Source: an uncultured Alphaproteobacteria bacterium (GTDB lineage Bacteria > Pseudomonadota > Alphaproteobacteria > Acetobacterales > Acetobacteraceae). Taken from it: a stretch of DNA of 64,000 bases. The notes beneath the pieces were generated by a model. The model had not been told where the DNA came from, searched no databases, and saw only the letters and a list, made by a program, of their open reading frames with translations. The stretch's first letter is position 1, and every line of letters begins with the position of its first letter. Shown here piece after piece: positions 19,528-30,374 of the stretch. The DNA lies in NCBI GenBank assembly GCA_963739725.1, contig CAVUBS010000018.1, positions 366 to 64,365 on the forward strand. The letters run 5' to 3'. The position numbers were made by a program, and so were the translations under genes.

Positions 19528-21144
19528 CTACGCTGCCGCGCGCACCGGTTGCGCCGCCGCAGCCATGATCAGGTCGGCGCCTTTTTCCGCGATCATGATG
19601 ACGGCGGCGTTGGTGTTGCCGGACACCAAGGTCGGCATGATCGAGGCGTCGATCACCCGCAGCCCGGCAATCCCATGCACGCGCAGTTCGTCATCCACGA
19701 CCGCCATCGGATCGTGGCCCATCCTGCACGTGCCGATGACGTGGTAGGTGGTCTGGCCGTTGATCCGCGCGAAATCCAGCCACTCCTCATCGCTCTGCAC
19801 CTGATCGCCGGGGTTCATCTCGAACGCGCGGTATTTGTCCAGCACCGCATTGTTGATGATGCGCCGGCCGATCTTCATCCCCGCCACCACCGTCTGGCGA
19901 TCCAGCTCCTCGGCCAGAAAGTTCGGCCGGATCGCCGGCGCCGCCAGCGGATCGGCCGACTTCGCATGGATCGAGCCTTTGGATTCCGGGCGGCACTGAT
20001 AGATCGTCAAGGTCATGCCCGGCTCGCGTTCCAGCACGCGCGTTGCCGCCGTGCCGTAGCTGGCGTGCGTGAAGTGGTACTGCACGTCGGGTTCCACGAG
20101 TTCCGGCCGCGTCCTGACAAATCCATAGACGATCCCGGCGGTGAAGGTCAGCACGCCGCGATGCTGCGTGTAGTACTTGACGATCTCCTTCGCGAACGCC
20201 AGGCCGCGCGTCTGCTCGTTCAACGTCACCGGCAGCTTCACCCGCCAGTTCATGCGCGGCGCAAAATGGTCGCGATAGTTCTCGCCGACGCCGCGCAGTT
20301 CATGCTGCACGTCGATGCCAAGCGATTGCAGCAGTTCCGGCTGGCCGATGCCGGACATTTCCAGCACATGCGGCGACTTCACCGCCCCGGCCGACAGGAT
20401 CACCTCGCCGCCGCAGCGCACCTGGTGCGTCTGCCCGTGCTGGCGGTATTCCACACCCACGGCGCGCTTGCCCTCGAGCAGAATGCGCGTCGTGTGGGCC
20501 TCGGTCTCGATGCGAAGGTTCGGGCGGCCGCGCGCCGGATCGAGGAAGGCGCGCGCGGTGGACCAGCGCCTGCCGTCCTTCTGGGTCACCTGGTAATAGC
20601 CGAAGCCTTCCTGCCTGCCGTTGTTGTAGTCCGGGTTGCGCGGATAGCCCTCGGCGACGGCGGCGTCGACGAACGCATCCAACAGTTCGGCGCGCTCGAT
20701 CATGTCGGCGACGTTCAGCAGACCGCCACGCCCGCGCGTTTCGTCGCCACCGGGCTGGAAGTGCTCGGACTTGCGGAAATACGGCAGCACCGATTCGTAC
20801 GACCAGCCGCGATTGCCGAACTGCGCCCACGTGTCGTAGTCGAGCGGATTGCCGCGGACATACAGCATGCCGTTGATCGAGCTTGACCCGCCGAGCGTCT
20901 TGCCGCGGGGGATCGGGATCGAGCGGCCCTTGACGTTGTCCTCCGGCTCGGTGGCAAAGTTCCAGTTGTAGCGCGGGCTGTTGAGCAGCTTGGTGAAGCC
21001 GACCGGAATGGCGATCCACATCGAATTGTCCTTCGGCCCGGCCTCCAGCAGCAGCACCCTGGTGCGTGGATTCTCGGTCAGCCGGTGGGCCAGCACGCAG
21101 CCCGCCGAGCCGGCGCCGATGATGATGATGTCGTAGTCTGCCAT
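19528..21144 (-). CDS. GMC family oxidoreductase (choline dehydrogenase-like)
   Basis: 538 aa: MADYDIIIIGAGSAGCVLAHRLTENPRTRVLLLEAG, GKTLGGSSSINGMLYVRG, and the C-terminal HVIGTCRMG...GLRVIDASIMP. Confidence 0.93.
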   Translation of the reverse strand: MADYDIIIIGAGSAGCVLAHRLTENPRTRVLLLEAGPKDNSMWIAIPVGFTKLLNSPRYNWNFATEPEDNVKGRSIPIPRGKTLGGSSSINGMLYVRGNPLDYDTWAQFGNRGWSYESVLPYFRKSEHFQPGGDETRGRGGLLNVADMIERAELLDAFVDAAVAEGYPRNPDYNNGRQEGFGYYQVTQKDGRRWSTARAFLDPARGRPNLRIETEAHTTRILLEGKRAVGVEYRQHGQTHQVRCGGEVILSAGAVKSPHVLEMSGIGQPELLQSLGIDVQHELRGVGENYRDHFAPRMNWRVKLPVTLNEQTRGLAFAKEIVKYYTQHRGVLTFTAGIVYGFVRTRPELVEPDVQYHFTHASYGTAATRVLEREPGMTLTIYQCRPESKGSIHAKSADPLAAPAIRPNFLAEELDRQTVVAGMKIGRRIINNAVLDKYRAFEMNPGDQVQSDEEWLDFARINGQTTYHVIGTCRMGHDPMAVVDDELRVHGIAGLRVIDASIMPTLVSGNTNAAVIMIAEKGADLIMAAAAQPVRAAA

Positions 21145-21233
21145 AGTGCGTCTCCCTCGTGGCGCCCATGCTACCGGGTGGGAGCGCTTGCCTCAACACG
21201 ATGCGCGCGAGAGGATGTGGTGGGGAGGCAGCA

Positions 21234-22484
21234 TTGCGCTATTCGATCTATGGCCTGATGCGCCATGCGTTTGGCGGAGCCACCTGGCCGGAGCAGTGGC
21301 GTTCGCCCGAACCGAGGGCAGCGTATGACGTGGTGATCGTCGGCGCAGGCGGCCACGGCCTGGCAACGGCGTATTACCTCGCCAAGGAGCACGGTGTGCG
21401 CAATGTCGCCGTGCTGGAGCGCGGCTGGCTCGGCGGCGGCAACACCGGACGCAACACCACGATCATCCGTTCCAACTATCTGTGGGATGAGAGTGCGGCG
21501 CTCTACGAGCATGCGCTGAAGCTGTGGGAGGGTTTGTCGCAAGAGCTGAACTACAATGTCATGTATTCGCCGCGCGGTGTGATGATGCTGGCACATTCGG
21601 TGCACGACGTACAGGTGTCCAGGCGCCACGTGCATGCCAATCGGCTGAACGGCATCGACAACGAGTGGCTGACACCGGAGCAGGCGAAGGCTTTCTGTCC
21701 GCCGCTGAACATCTCGTCCGACGTTGCGCTACCCGATTCTGGGCGCCGCGCTGCAGCGACGCGGCGGTGTGGCACGGCATGATGCGGTGGCCTGGGGCTA
21801 TGCCCGTGGGGCGAGTGCGCTTGGCGTCGACATCATCGAGAACTGCGAGGTGACCGCGATCAGCCGCGCACCTTGGGGTGCGGTGAATGCGGTCGAGACG
21901 ACGCGCGGGCGAATCGCAGCGCGGAAGATCGCAGTCGTTGCAGCGGGCCACACCAGCGTTGTGATGGCGATGGCCGGCGTGCGCATGCCGCTCGAGAGTT
22001 TTCCGCTTGCAGGCGCTGGTGTCCGAGCCGGTGAAGCCGGCGCTGCCCTGCGTGGTGATGTCAAACGGCATCCACGCCTATATCTCGCAGTCGGACAAGG
22101 GCGAGTTGGTGATCGGCGCCGGCACGGATGCCTATGTGTCGTACAGCCAGGCGGGCGGGCTGCACATTTCCGCGCACACGCTGGAGGCGATCTGCGAGCT
22201 GTTCCCCACGTTCCGCCGTCTGCGCATGCTGCGCAACTGGGGCGGCATCGTGGACGTGACGCCGGATCGTTCGCCGATCATCGGGCTTGACGCCGGTGCC
22301 GGGTCTGTTCGTCAACTGCGGCTGGGGCACCGGCGGGTTCAAGGCAACGCCCGGATCGGGCCACGTGTTCGCTGCAACGATTGCACGCGACGAACCGCAT
22401 CCGATCGCCGCACCGTTCTCGCTCGATCGGTTCCGCACCGGTCGTCTGATAGACGAGGCCGCCGCGGCGGCAGTGGCACACTGA
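21234..22484 (+). pseudogene. soxB: Sarcosine oxidase beta subunit, frame broken three times
   Basis: [12 protein letters not shown]...[52 protein letters not shown]. The sequence runs through ORFs 21159, 21724, 22007 and 22287 (frames 0>1>2>0), with breaks near 21722-21727, 22006-22010 and 22286-22290. The probable start is TTG 21234 behind GGGGAGG (alternative ATG 21201). Confidence 0.9.
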
Positions 22485-22769
22485 TGCTGCTGATTGGATG
22501 CCCGTGGTGCGGTGCGCGGCCGGAAAACGAATTCCGCTATGGCGGGCGAGGCGCATATCGCGCGCCCGCGCGACCCTGCCTCCGTTGATGACCACGCTTG
22601 GGCAGACTTTCTCTATATGCGCAGCAATCCAAAAGGGCCGCATTACGAGCGCTGGCGCCACATCCATGGCTGCGGGCGTTTCTTCAATTGCGTGCGCGAC
22701 ACGGTCAGCGATCGCATCCTTGCGACTTACCGGCCAGGTGACTCGAAACCGGAACTGCCCGCACGATGA
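22484..22769 (+). pseudogene. soxD: Sarcosine oxidase delta subunit, frame broken once
   Basis: MLLIGCPWCGARPENEFRYGG (frame 2) is followed by EAHIARPRDPASVDDHAWADFLYMRSNPKGPHYERWRHIHGCGRFFNCVRDT (frame 0). The break is near 22541-22547 in a GGG run. The ATG overlaps the soxB stop (TGATG). Confidence 0.9.
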
Positions 22770-25687
22770 CCGGTGCGTTCCGCACGCCGACAGGCGGCCG
22801 GATCGACCGCGCCCGGACGCTGTCATTCAGCTTCGACGGCAGGACATACACTGGTTGCGCGGGAGACACGCTGGCCTCCGCGCTGCTGGCCAATGGCGTG
22901 CATCTGGTCGGCCGCTCGTTCAAGTACCATCGGCCGCGGGGAATTTTGACGGCCGGATCGGAGGAGCCGAACGCGCTGGTGACGATCGACCGAGGGTCCG
23001 GACGCGTCACGCCGAACCAGCGCGCGACGCAGCAGGAGCTGTACGAAGGACTGCGGTCGCGCAGTCAGAACAATTTTCCGTCGCTTGCGTTTGATCTTGG
23101 TGCGGTCAACGACACTCTGGCGCCGTTGCTTCCGGCGGGCTTCTACTACAAGACGTTCATGTGGCCGCGGGCATTCTGGCGGCACATTTACGAACCTGCC
23201 ATTCGCGCCGCTGCGGGTCTCGGGCGCGCACCGACGGCGCCCGATCCCGATCGCTATGCACAACGCTTTGCCCATTGCGACGTGCTGGTGATCGGCGCAG
23301 GGCCCGCCGGCCTTGCGGCAGCACTCGCCGCGTCCGCGAGCGGCGCGCGCGTGATGCTCTGTGACGAGCAGGCGGAACTCGGCGGGTCGCTGCTCGCCGA
23401 TGCCGAGGCCAGCATTGATGGTGCATCAGCCGGCTGCCTGGCTGGATCAAACGATTGCGACGCTGGCGCGGCAACCCGACGTGACGATGCTGCCGCGCAC
23501 CACCGCGTTCGGCTGGTTCCCCGACAATATGGTGGGGCTCGCCGAGCGGGTCACCGACCACCTTGCGGAGCCAAATCCAAATCTGCCGCGCGAACGGCTA
23601 TGGCAGGTGCGTGCGAGGCGCGTCGTCATCGCCACCGGAGCGATCGAGCGACCGCTGGTATTTCCGGGCAACGACCGGCCGGGTGTCATGCTGGCGGACG
23701 CCGCGCGCACCTACCGCGTACGTTACGGCGTCAAAGTCGGCACGCGCGCGCTGATCGTTACAGCCGATGACAGTGCATACGCGGCGGCGGCGACATTGCG
23801 GGACGCCGGTGTGTCGGTCGTTGCCATCGCCGATCTGCGGCCGAGACCGGGCGAGAATGCCCGCGCGTCCGACGTGCCGGTGCACACCGGAACAGCGTGG
23901 TCGCCACCAAAGGGCGACTGCGGATAACCGCCGCGACGTTGTCGAACGGCGAGACCGTCGCATGCGATGCGTTGCTGATGTGCGGCGGCTGGACGCCCTC
24001 GGTGCACCTGTTTTCACAGTCGCGCGGGAAGCTCCGCTTCGACGAGCGACTAGGTGCCTTCCTGCCAGGCCAGTCCACCGCGCTCGAACGATCGGCCGGT
24101 GCGTGCAACGGCACCTTTGCACTCGCGGCGTGCCTGGAGGAAGGCTACGCCGCCGGCGAACAGGCCGCGCCGCACCGCCGGTTCACCGTGACGAATGCGC
24201 GTGACAGCGAGCCACGCGCCGCACCGTTGCCGGCCAGCATGCACGGCAAGGCCTTCGTCGATTTCCAGAACGACGTCACCGCCAGGGACCTCCGCCTTGC
24301 TGCGCACGAGGGCTTTCGCTCGATCGAACATGTGAAGCGCTACACCACGACCGGCATGGCGACCGATCAGGGCAAGACGTCCAACATGAACGCGCTGGCC
24401 ATCGTGTCCGACATTCTGCATAGGCCGATTCCCGAAGTCGGACACACGACATTTCGCATGCCGTACACACCGGTGACCTTCGGCACGCTCGCCGGCACCG
24501 CGCGCGGCGCGCTGTTCGAACCGGTTCGCCGCACGCCGATCCACGATCGGGCCGCTGCGCGCGGTGCGCTGTTCGAGGATGTCGGAACCTGGCAGCGTGC
24601 GCGCTGCTTCCCGCGCGACGGCGAGGACATGCCAGCCGCCGTCGCGCGCGAATGCCGTGCCGTGCGCGAAGCGGTTGGCATTTTCGATGCCACCACGCTT
24701 GGCAAGATCGAAGTTGTCGGCCCCGACGCAGCGGAATTCCTCAACCGCCTGTACACCGGAAGCTTCAGCCGACTGGCTCCGGGACGCTGCCGCTACGGCG
24801 TGCTGCTCAACGAGGCCGGGTTCGTGATGGACGATGGCGTCATCGCGCGCCTGACGCCGGATCGCTTCCATGTCACCACGACCACCGGCGGCGCCGCCGG
24901 CGTGCTGCATCATATGGAAGACTATCTGCAGACGGAATTTTCCGAGCTTCGCGTCTGGCTGACATCGATCACCGAGCAGTGGGCGGTGATCGCCGTGCAG
25001 GGCCCATTGGCGCGACAGGTGATCGCGCCGCTGGTGCAGGACATCGACATGGCGTCCGATGCGATGCCGCACATGAGCGTGCGCGAAGGCCGCATCTGCG
25101 ATGTGCCTGTGCGGCTGTTCCGTGTCAGCTTCACCGGCGAGCTGGGGTACGAGATCAACGTGCCGGCCGATTACGGCACGGCCGTCTGGGATGCGGTGCT
25201 CGCCTCCGGTGCCCGCCATGGCATCACGCCGTACGGCACCGAAACGATGCACGTGCTGCGTGCCGAGAAGGGCTATATCATCGTCGGTCAGGAGACCGAT
25301 GGGACGGTGATCCCGTCGGATCTCGCCCTCGACTGGACGATCGGCAAGGGAAAGTCGGATTTTGTCGGCAAACGTTCGCTGACGAGGCCGGAGATGTTGC
25401 GGCCGGACCGCAAGCAACTGGTGGGCCTGTTCACCCCTGCGGTTCTGGAGGAAGGCGCGCAGATCGTCGCCGCCCCCAATGCGCCGGTTCCGGTGCCGAT
25501 GCTCGGCCACGTCACGTCGGCGTACTGGAGCGAGACGCTGCGGCGACCGATCGCGCTGGCGCTGATCGCCGGCGGCCGCGCCCGGGTCCGGCAGACGCTG
25601 TATGCGCACATGCCAGGCGGCAGTATTGCGGTGCGCGTGACGACTCCCGTGTTCTACGATCCGCACGGGGCACGGCTGGATGGTTGA
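22766..25687 (+). pseudogene. soxA: Sarcosine oxidase alpha subunit (about 973 aa), frame broken twice
   Basis: FSFDGRTYTGCAGDTLASALLANGVHLVGRSFKYHRPRGI...DVLVIGAGPAGLAAA (frame 2), then AAWLDQTIATL...VIATGAIERPLVFPGNDRPGVM (frame 0), then VVATKG...KRYTTTGMATDQGK and the GcvT-like C-terminus (frame 2). There is a +1 break near 23428-23432 and a -1 break near 23895-23899. Confidence 0.9.
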
Positions 25688-26216
25688 GCGCGATCATCCG
25701 TTGGCGCTGCAGGCATTGAATGCGCCGCGGTGTGCAGCGGTGACGCTGGCAGCCGTGGGGCCGATGCAGCGGATCGTCATCCGCGCGGGCCGGGACGCAG
25801 CGATCGCGATCGGTGACATGCTGGGTGTAGCATTGCCGACCGAACCCTGTCGCAGCAACCGATCATCCGGTCGCGCCGCGCTGTGGCTCGGGCCGGACGA
25901 ATGGCTGGTGCTGGCGGACATCGGCGTGCAGTTGCCAACGACGCATGAAGCCGCCAGCATCGTCGACGTGTCGCATCGCGATACCGCAATGTCGGTGTCC
26001 GGTCCGCATGCCGCCCGGGCGATCAACGCGTTCTGCGCACTGGACCTGCATCTTTCCGCGTTCCCCGTCGGCATGTGCACGCGCACCGTGTTCGGCAAGG
26101 CGGAGATCGTGCTCTGGCGCACCGAGGAAGAAAAATTCCGCATCGACGTGGCGCGTTCGTTCGCACCCTATGTCTGGGCCTGCCTCGAGGAGGCGCGGCG
26201 CGAGTTCCTCGCCTGA
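25680..26216 (+). CDS. soxG: Sarcosine oxidase gamma subunit
   Basis: 178 aa, overlaps the soxA stop. Its position as the fourth gene of a soxBDAG arrangement, together with LWLGPDEWLVL...VDVSHRDTAMSVSGPHA...FGKAEIVLWR, supports the call. Confidence 0.8.
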   Translation: MVERDHPLALQALNAPRCAAVTLAAVGPMQRIVIRAGRDAAIAIGDMLGVALPTEPCRSNRSSGRAALWLGPDEWLVLADIGVQLPTTHEAASIVDVSHRDTAMSVSGPHAARAINAFCALDLHLSAFPVGMCTRTVFGKAEIVLWRTEEEKFRIDVARSFAPYVWACLEEARREFLA

Positions 26217-26262
26217 TGCCGCCCGTGCTAAGGTCCGGCCAACGAAGGCACCGGAGGAAACC

Positions 26263-27063
26263 ATGGATTTCAAGGGCAAGGTCGCGCTGATCACCGGCGC
26301 CGGCAATGGCATCGGACGCGCCACCGCTGTCGGCTTCGCGCGCGACGGCGCCAGGGTCGTCGTGGTGGACCGCGACACGGCGGGCGGCGAAGGCACCGTC
26401 GGCATCATCCGCCAGCAGGGCGGCGAGGCGCTGTTCGTCGCCGCCGATGTGACCAGATCCGCCGACGTGCAGGCCTATGTGAAGGCCGCGCTGGATGCGT
26501 ACGGCACGATCGACTGCTTCCACAACAACGCCGGCATCGAAGGCAACGTGGCCCCGACTGCGGAATATGACGAGGCGATGTTCGACACGGTGATGGGGGT
26601 GAATGTGAAGGGCGTGTTCCTCGGTTTGCGGCATGTTCTGCCGGTGATGCTGAAGCAGCAGCGCGGCGCCATCGTGAACACCGCTTCGGTTGCCGGGCTC
26701 GTCGCATCGCCGGGGATGCCGGCCTATGTGGCGTCCAAACACGCGGTGATCGGGCTGACCAAGACCGCAGCCGGCGAGGTGGCGCGGTCCGGCGTGCGGG
26801 TGAACGCGGTCTGCCCCGGGCCGATCGACACGCGCATGATCCACTCGCTGGAGTCCATGCTGAGCCCGAACGATCCGGGCAGCATCGGCGAGCGCTACCA
26901 GTCCAACATTCCGATCGGCCGTTACGGCACGGCGGAAGAAGTGGCGAATGTGGTGCTGTTCCTGTGCTCCGACCTCGCGGGCAACATCACCGGCGCGCAA
27001 TATGTCGTCGATGGCGGGCGCACCGCGACGGGCGGGGCGGTGACAAACAACCTGGTGCGCTGA
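26263..27063 (+). CDS. SDR family oxidoreductase
   Basis: ATG 26263 behind GGAGGAAACC. MDFKGKVALITGAGNGIGRA, NNAGI and YVASKHAV (the YxxxK motif). 266 aa. Confidence 0.92.
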   Translation: MDFKGKVALITGAGNGIGRATAVGFARDGARVVVVDRDTAGGEGTVGIIRQQGGEALFVAADVTRSADVQAYVKAALDAYGTIDCFHNNAGIEGNVAPTAEYDEAMFDTVMGVNVKGVFLGLRHVLPVMLKQQRGAIVNTASVAGLVASPGMPAYVASKHAVIGLTKTAAGEVARSGVRVNAVCPGPIDTRMIHSLESMLSPNDPGSIGERYQSNIPIGRYGTAEEVANVVLFLCSDLAGNITGAQYVVDGGRTATGGAVTNNLVR

Positions 27064-27089
27064 AGATTGGCCATAAGGGGAGACGCACG

Positions 27090-27407
27090 ATGATCACCGC
27101 CATTGTCCTTTACGATCTGCCGCCCGAGATCGATCGCGAGGCTTGCCGGCAGCATTTTCTCAAAATTGCGCCGGACTTTCTCGGCGTGCCGGGATTCGTC
27201 CGCAAGCAGTTCATCCACGACGTGAACGGCGGTGTGGCCGGTGGCTCGTATATCTGGAAGGATCTGGAATCGGCGAAGGCGTTCTACAATGGTCCGTGGC
27301 TTGAGGGGATCAAACGTCGCTACGGCTGCGAACCGCGGGTCAGCTATTTCGAGACGTTTGCCGTCGCCGATCAAAACACCGGGTTCGCCGGCGCGCCGCT
27401 GGATTGA
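27090..27407 (+). CDS. Small YdhR-like (dimeric alpha-beta barrel) putative monooxygenase
   Basis: 105 aa from ATG 27090: MITAIVLYDLPPEIDREACRQHFLKIAPDF...YIWKDLESAKAFYNGPWLEGIKRRYG. The family assignment rests on general resemblance only. Confidence 0.55.
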   Translation: MITAIVLYDLPPEIDREACRQHFLKIAPDFLGVPGFVRKQFIHDVNGGVAGGSYIWKDLESAKAFYNGPWLEGIKRRYGCEPRVSYFETFAVADQNTGFAGAPLD

Positions 27408-28303
27408 TGCAGATGGTCAAAAGCATTCGCACGAAGTTCCTGGAGATCGCCTATCACGAGAGCGGACCGGCGGACGGCGCGCCGGTCATCCTGCTGCACG
27501 GCTGGCCATCCGATCCGCACGACTGGGACGGTGTCGCGCCGCCGTTGGCAGCGTCCGGCTGTCGCGTCCTGGTGCCGTGGCTGCGCGGCTACGGTCCGAC
27601 GCGGTTCCTCGATCCCGCAACGCCGCGGTCCGGTCAGCAGGCGGCACTGGGTGCCGATGTGCGCGACTTCATGGACGCACTCGGTGTCCGGCAGGCGACG
27701 CTTGCGGGCTACGACTGGGGCGGGCGCGCCGCCTGCGTCACCGCGGCCCTGTGGCCGGAACGTGTGCGCGGGCTCGTTTCCATCACCGGCTACAACATTC
27801 AGAACATCGCGGCATCGGGCCGGCCGGGCTCGGCTGCGGCGGAACATCGCCACTGGTACCAGTGGTATTTCCAATCTGAGCGCGGCCGTGCCGGCCTGAC
27901 GCAGAACCGGCGCGACATCGCCCGGTTGCTGTGGCAACTCTGGTCACCGAACTGGCGCTTCGACGATGCCACCTTCGAGGCCACGGCGCAAAGTTTCGAC
28001 AATCCCGACTTTGTCGCGGTGACGATCCAGTCCTATCGCCACCGCTACGGCGCGGCGCAGGGCGATCCCGCGGTCGAGTCGCTGGAGCAGCGTCTCGCCG
28101 CCCAACCGAAGATCACGGTGCCCACGATCGTGCTGCATGGCGCGGCCGACGGCGTCGGGCCGCCGGAAAACTCCGAGCACCATGCGCAGCACTTCGCCGC
28201 GCACTATGAACGGCACGTGGTGCCGGTCGCCGGCCATTTCCTGTCGCGCGAGACGCCCGACGTCGTGGTGCAGGCGATCCGCGATCTGCTCGGCCGAGAA
28301 TAA
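27404..28303 (+). CDS. Alpha/beta hydrolase (epoxide-hydrolase/haloalkane-dehalogenase-like fold)
   Basis: 299 aa: VILLHGWPSDPHDW, the nucleophile elbow GYDWGG and a C-terminal GHFLSRE. The start overlaps the preceding stop. Confidence 0.85.
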   Translation: MMQMVKSIRTKFLEIAYHESGPADGAPVILLHGWPSDPHDWDGVAPPLAASGCRVLVPWLRGYGPTRFLDPATPRSGQQAALGADVRDFMDALGVRQATLAGYDWGGRAACVTAALWPERVRGLVSITGYNIQNIAASGRPGSAAAEHRHWYQWYFQSERGRAGLTQNRRDIARLLWQLWSPNWRFDDATFEATAQSFDNPDFVAVTIQSYRHRYGAAQGDPAVESLEQRLAAQPKITVPTIVLHGAADGVGPPENSEHHAQHFAAHYERHVVPVAGHFLSRETPDVVVQAIRDLLGRE

Positions 28304-28340
28304 GCTTGTCATCCCGCGCAGGCGGGACAGGAGGACGCGC

Positions 28341-30005
28341 ATGGCTGGGAACAGCGACTATCTGGTCGGGCTCGACAGGAACCAGGCCAACTACACGCCG
28401 CTCACGCCGCTCACGTTTATCGAGCGCGCCGCTTATGTGCATCCCGATCACCCGTCGATCGTGCATGGCGAGCAGCGCTCCACCTGGCGCGAGACCTATG
28501 CACGGTGTCGCCGTCTCGCATCCGCACTGGCGCGGCGCGGCATCGGCAAGAACGACACCGTGGCGCTCATGGCGCCGAACATCCCGGCGATGGTCGAGGC
28601 AGCGTTCGGCGTGCCGATGTGCGGCGCGGTGCTGAACACGCTGAACACGCGGCTGGACGCCGAGACGATCGCCTTCATGCTGCGCCATGGCGGCGCACGC
28701 GCGCTGATCACCGACCGCGAGTTCTCGGCGACGATCGAAAAGGCGCTGACCCTGCTGGACGAACCCCCGCTGGTGATCGACATCGACGACCCGAGCTTCG
28801 TCGGCGGCAAGACGCTGGGCGAGATCGGCTACGAAGCGTTCCTTGCGGAGGGCGATCCCGAATATGCCTGGGAAAACCCGGCAGACGAGTGGGATGCGAT
28901 CGCACTGAACTACACGTCCGGCACCACCGGCGATCCGAAGGGCGTCGTGTATCATCACCGCGGCGCCTATTTGAACGCGATCAGCAATGTCCTCGATTGG
29001 GACATGCCGCAGCACGCGGTCTATCTGTGGACGCTGCCGATGTTCCACTGCAACGGCTGGTGCTATCCGTGGTCGGTCGCCGAGCGTGCCGGCACCAATG
29101 TGTGCCTGCGCCGGGTGGAGGCGAAGGCTGCGCTGGATGCGATCCGCACGCACAAGGTGACGCATATGTGCGGCGCGCCGATCGTCTATGCCATGCTGAT
29201 CAATGCACCGGCCGAACTGCGCGCCGGCCTCGACCATCGTATCGCCGGCCAGATCGCCGGCGCCGCGCCGCCGCTCGCGATCATCGAGGGCGCCGATGCG
29301 ATCGGCATCGAACTGACCCACGTCTACGGCCTGACCGAGACATACGGTCCCGCGTCGGTGTGCGCCAAGCATGCGGGGTGGAGTGCATTGCCGATCGAGC
29401 AGCGGGCGGAACGCAACGGCCGGCAAGGCGTGCGCGTGCCGATGCAGGAGGCGATGACCGTGCTCGATCCGGAGACGATGGCGCCGGTGCCGTGGGACGG
29501 CGAGACGATGGGCGAGATCATGTTCCGCGGCAACATCACCATGAAGGGGTATTTGAAAAACCCGAATGCGACCGATGCGGCGTTTGCCGGTGGCTGGTTC
29601 CATACCGGCGACCTCGCGGTGATCGAACCCGATGGCTACGTGAAGATCCGCGACCGGTCGAAGGACATCATCATCTCCGGCGGCGAGAATATTTCCTCGA
29701 TCGAGGTGGAGGATGCGCTGTACAGCCATCCTGCCGTGATGAGTGCCGCCGTGGTGGCGCAGCCTGACGAGAAGTGGGGCGAGACACCATGTGCATTCAT
29801 CGAGTTGAAGCCGGGTGCAAGCGCCACGGCGGACGAACTGCGCGCGTTCTGCCGCGAGCACATGGCACGCTACAAGGTGCCGAGCACGTTCGTGTTCCGC
29901 GAGCTGCCGAAGACCTCGACCGGCAAAATACAGAAATTCGTGCTGCGCGACATAGCGAAGTCGGCGAATGCGACTGAGGCGGCCCCAAGTACCGGGCGAC
30001 CGTAA
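28341..30005 (+). CDS. AMP-dependent acyl-CoA synthetase/ligase
   Basis: ATG 28341 behind GGACAGGAGG. LNYTSGTTGDPKGVVYHHRG (AMP-binding motif), YGLTETYGP, WFHTGDLAV...IIISGGENISSIEVE, and a C-terminal TSTGKIQKF. 554 aa. Confidence 0.93.
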   Translation: MAGNSDYLVGLDRNQANYTPLTPLTFIERAAYVHPDHPSIVHGEQRSTWRETYARCRRLASALARRGIGKNDTVALMAPNIPAMVEAAFGVPMCGAVLNTLNTRLDAETIAFMLRHGGARALITDREFSATIEKALTLLDEPPLVIDIDDPSFVGGKTLGEIGYEAFLAEGDPEYAWENPADEWDAIALNYTSGTTGDPKGVVYHHRGAYLNAISNVLDWDMPQHAVYLWTLPMFHCNGWCYPWSVAERAGTNVCLRRVEAKAALDAIRTHKVTHMCGAPIVYAMLINAPAELRAGLDHRIAGQIAGAAPPLAIIEGADAIGIELTHVYGLTETYGPASVCAKHAGWSALPIEQRAERNGRQGVRVPMQEAMTVLDPETMAPVPWDGETMGEIMFRGNITMKGYLKNPNATDAAFAGGWFHTGDLAVIEPDGYVKIRDRSKDIIISGGENISSIEVEDALYSHPAVMSAAVVAQPDEKWGETPCAFIELKPGASATADELRAFCREHMARYKVPSTFVFRELPKTSTGKIQKFVLRDIAKSANATEAAPSTGRP

Positions 30006-30109
30006 GCCTCGCTCTCCGGCCTGTTCTTGCAGTGTTGGCAACCGCCGCCTCGGGCTGCATATTGGCTTGTTGGCTGTCCATCGGCAGCCAATCCACCAGG
30101 GAGGCAGAG

Positions 30110-30313
30110 ATGGCAGTAGCAAGCGTGTCGAAGATCACCGCGGCTTCACCGACCAGCTTCGATGCCGCAATCCAGGAGGGGCTCGCGCGCGCAAGCAAGA
30201 CGTTGCGCGGCATCACCGGCCTTCACGTGATCGAGGAGAAGGCGAGCGTGAAGAACGGCAAGATCGATGAATACCGGGTCACGTTGGAACTGACCTTCAT
30301 TCTGGAAGGATGA
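30110..30313 (+). CDS. Dodecin family small flavin-binding protein
   Basis: 67 aa from ATG 30110 behind AGGGAGG: MAVASVSKITAASPTSFDAAIQEGLARASKTLRGITGLHVIEEKASVKNGKIDEYRVTLELTFILEG, the typical bacterial dodecin pattern. Confidence 0.8.
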   Translation: MAVASVSKITAASPTSFDAAIQEGLARASKTLRGITGLHVIEEKASVKNGKIDEYRVTLELTFILEG

Positions 30314-30374
30314 GGCAGGGACTGCACGTTTTCCTAAGGGCCGAGGGGAAACAACCGAATCATTTCCGGACGCG

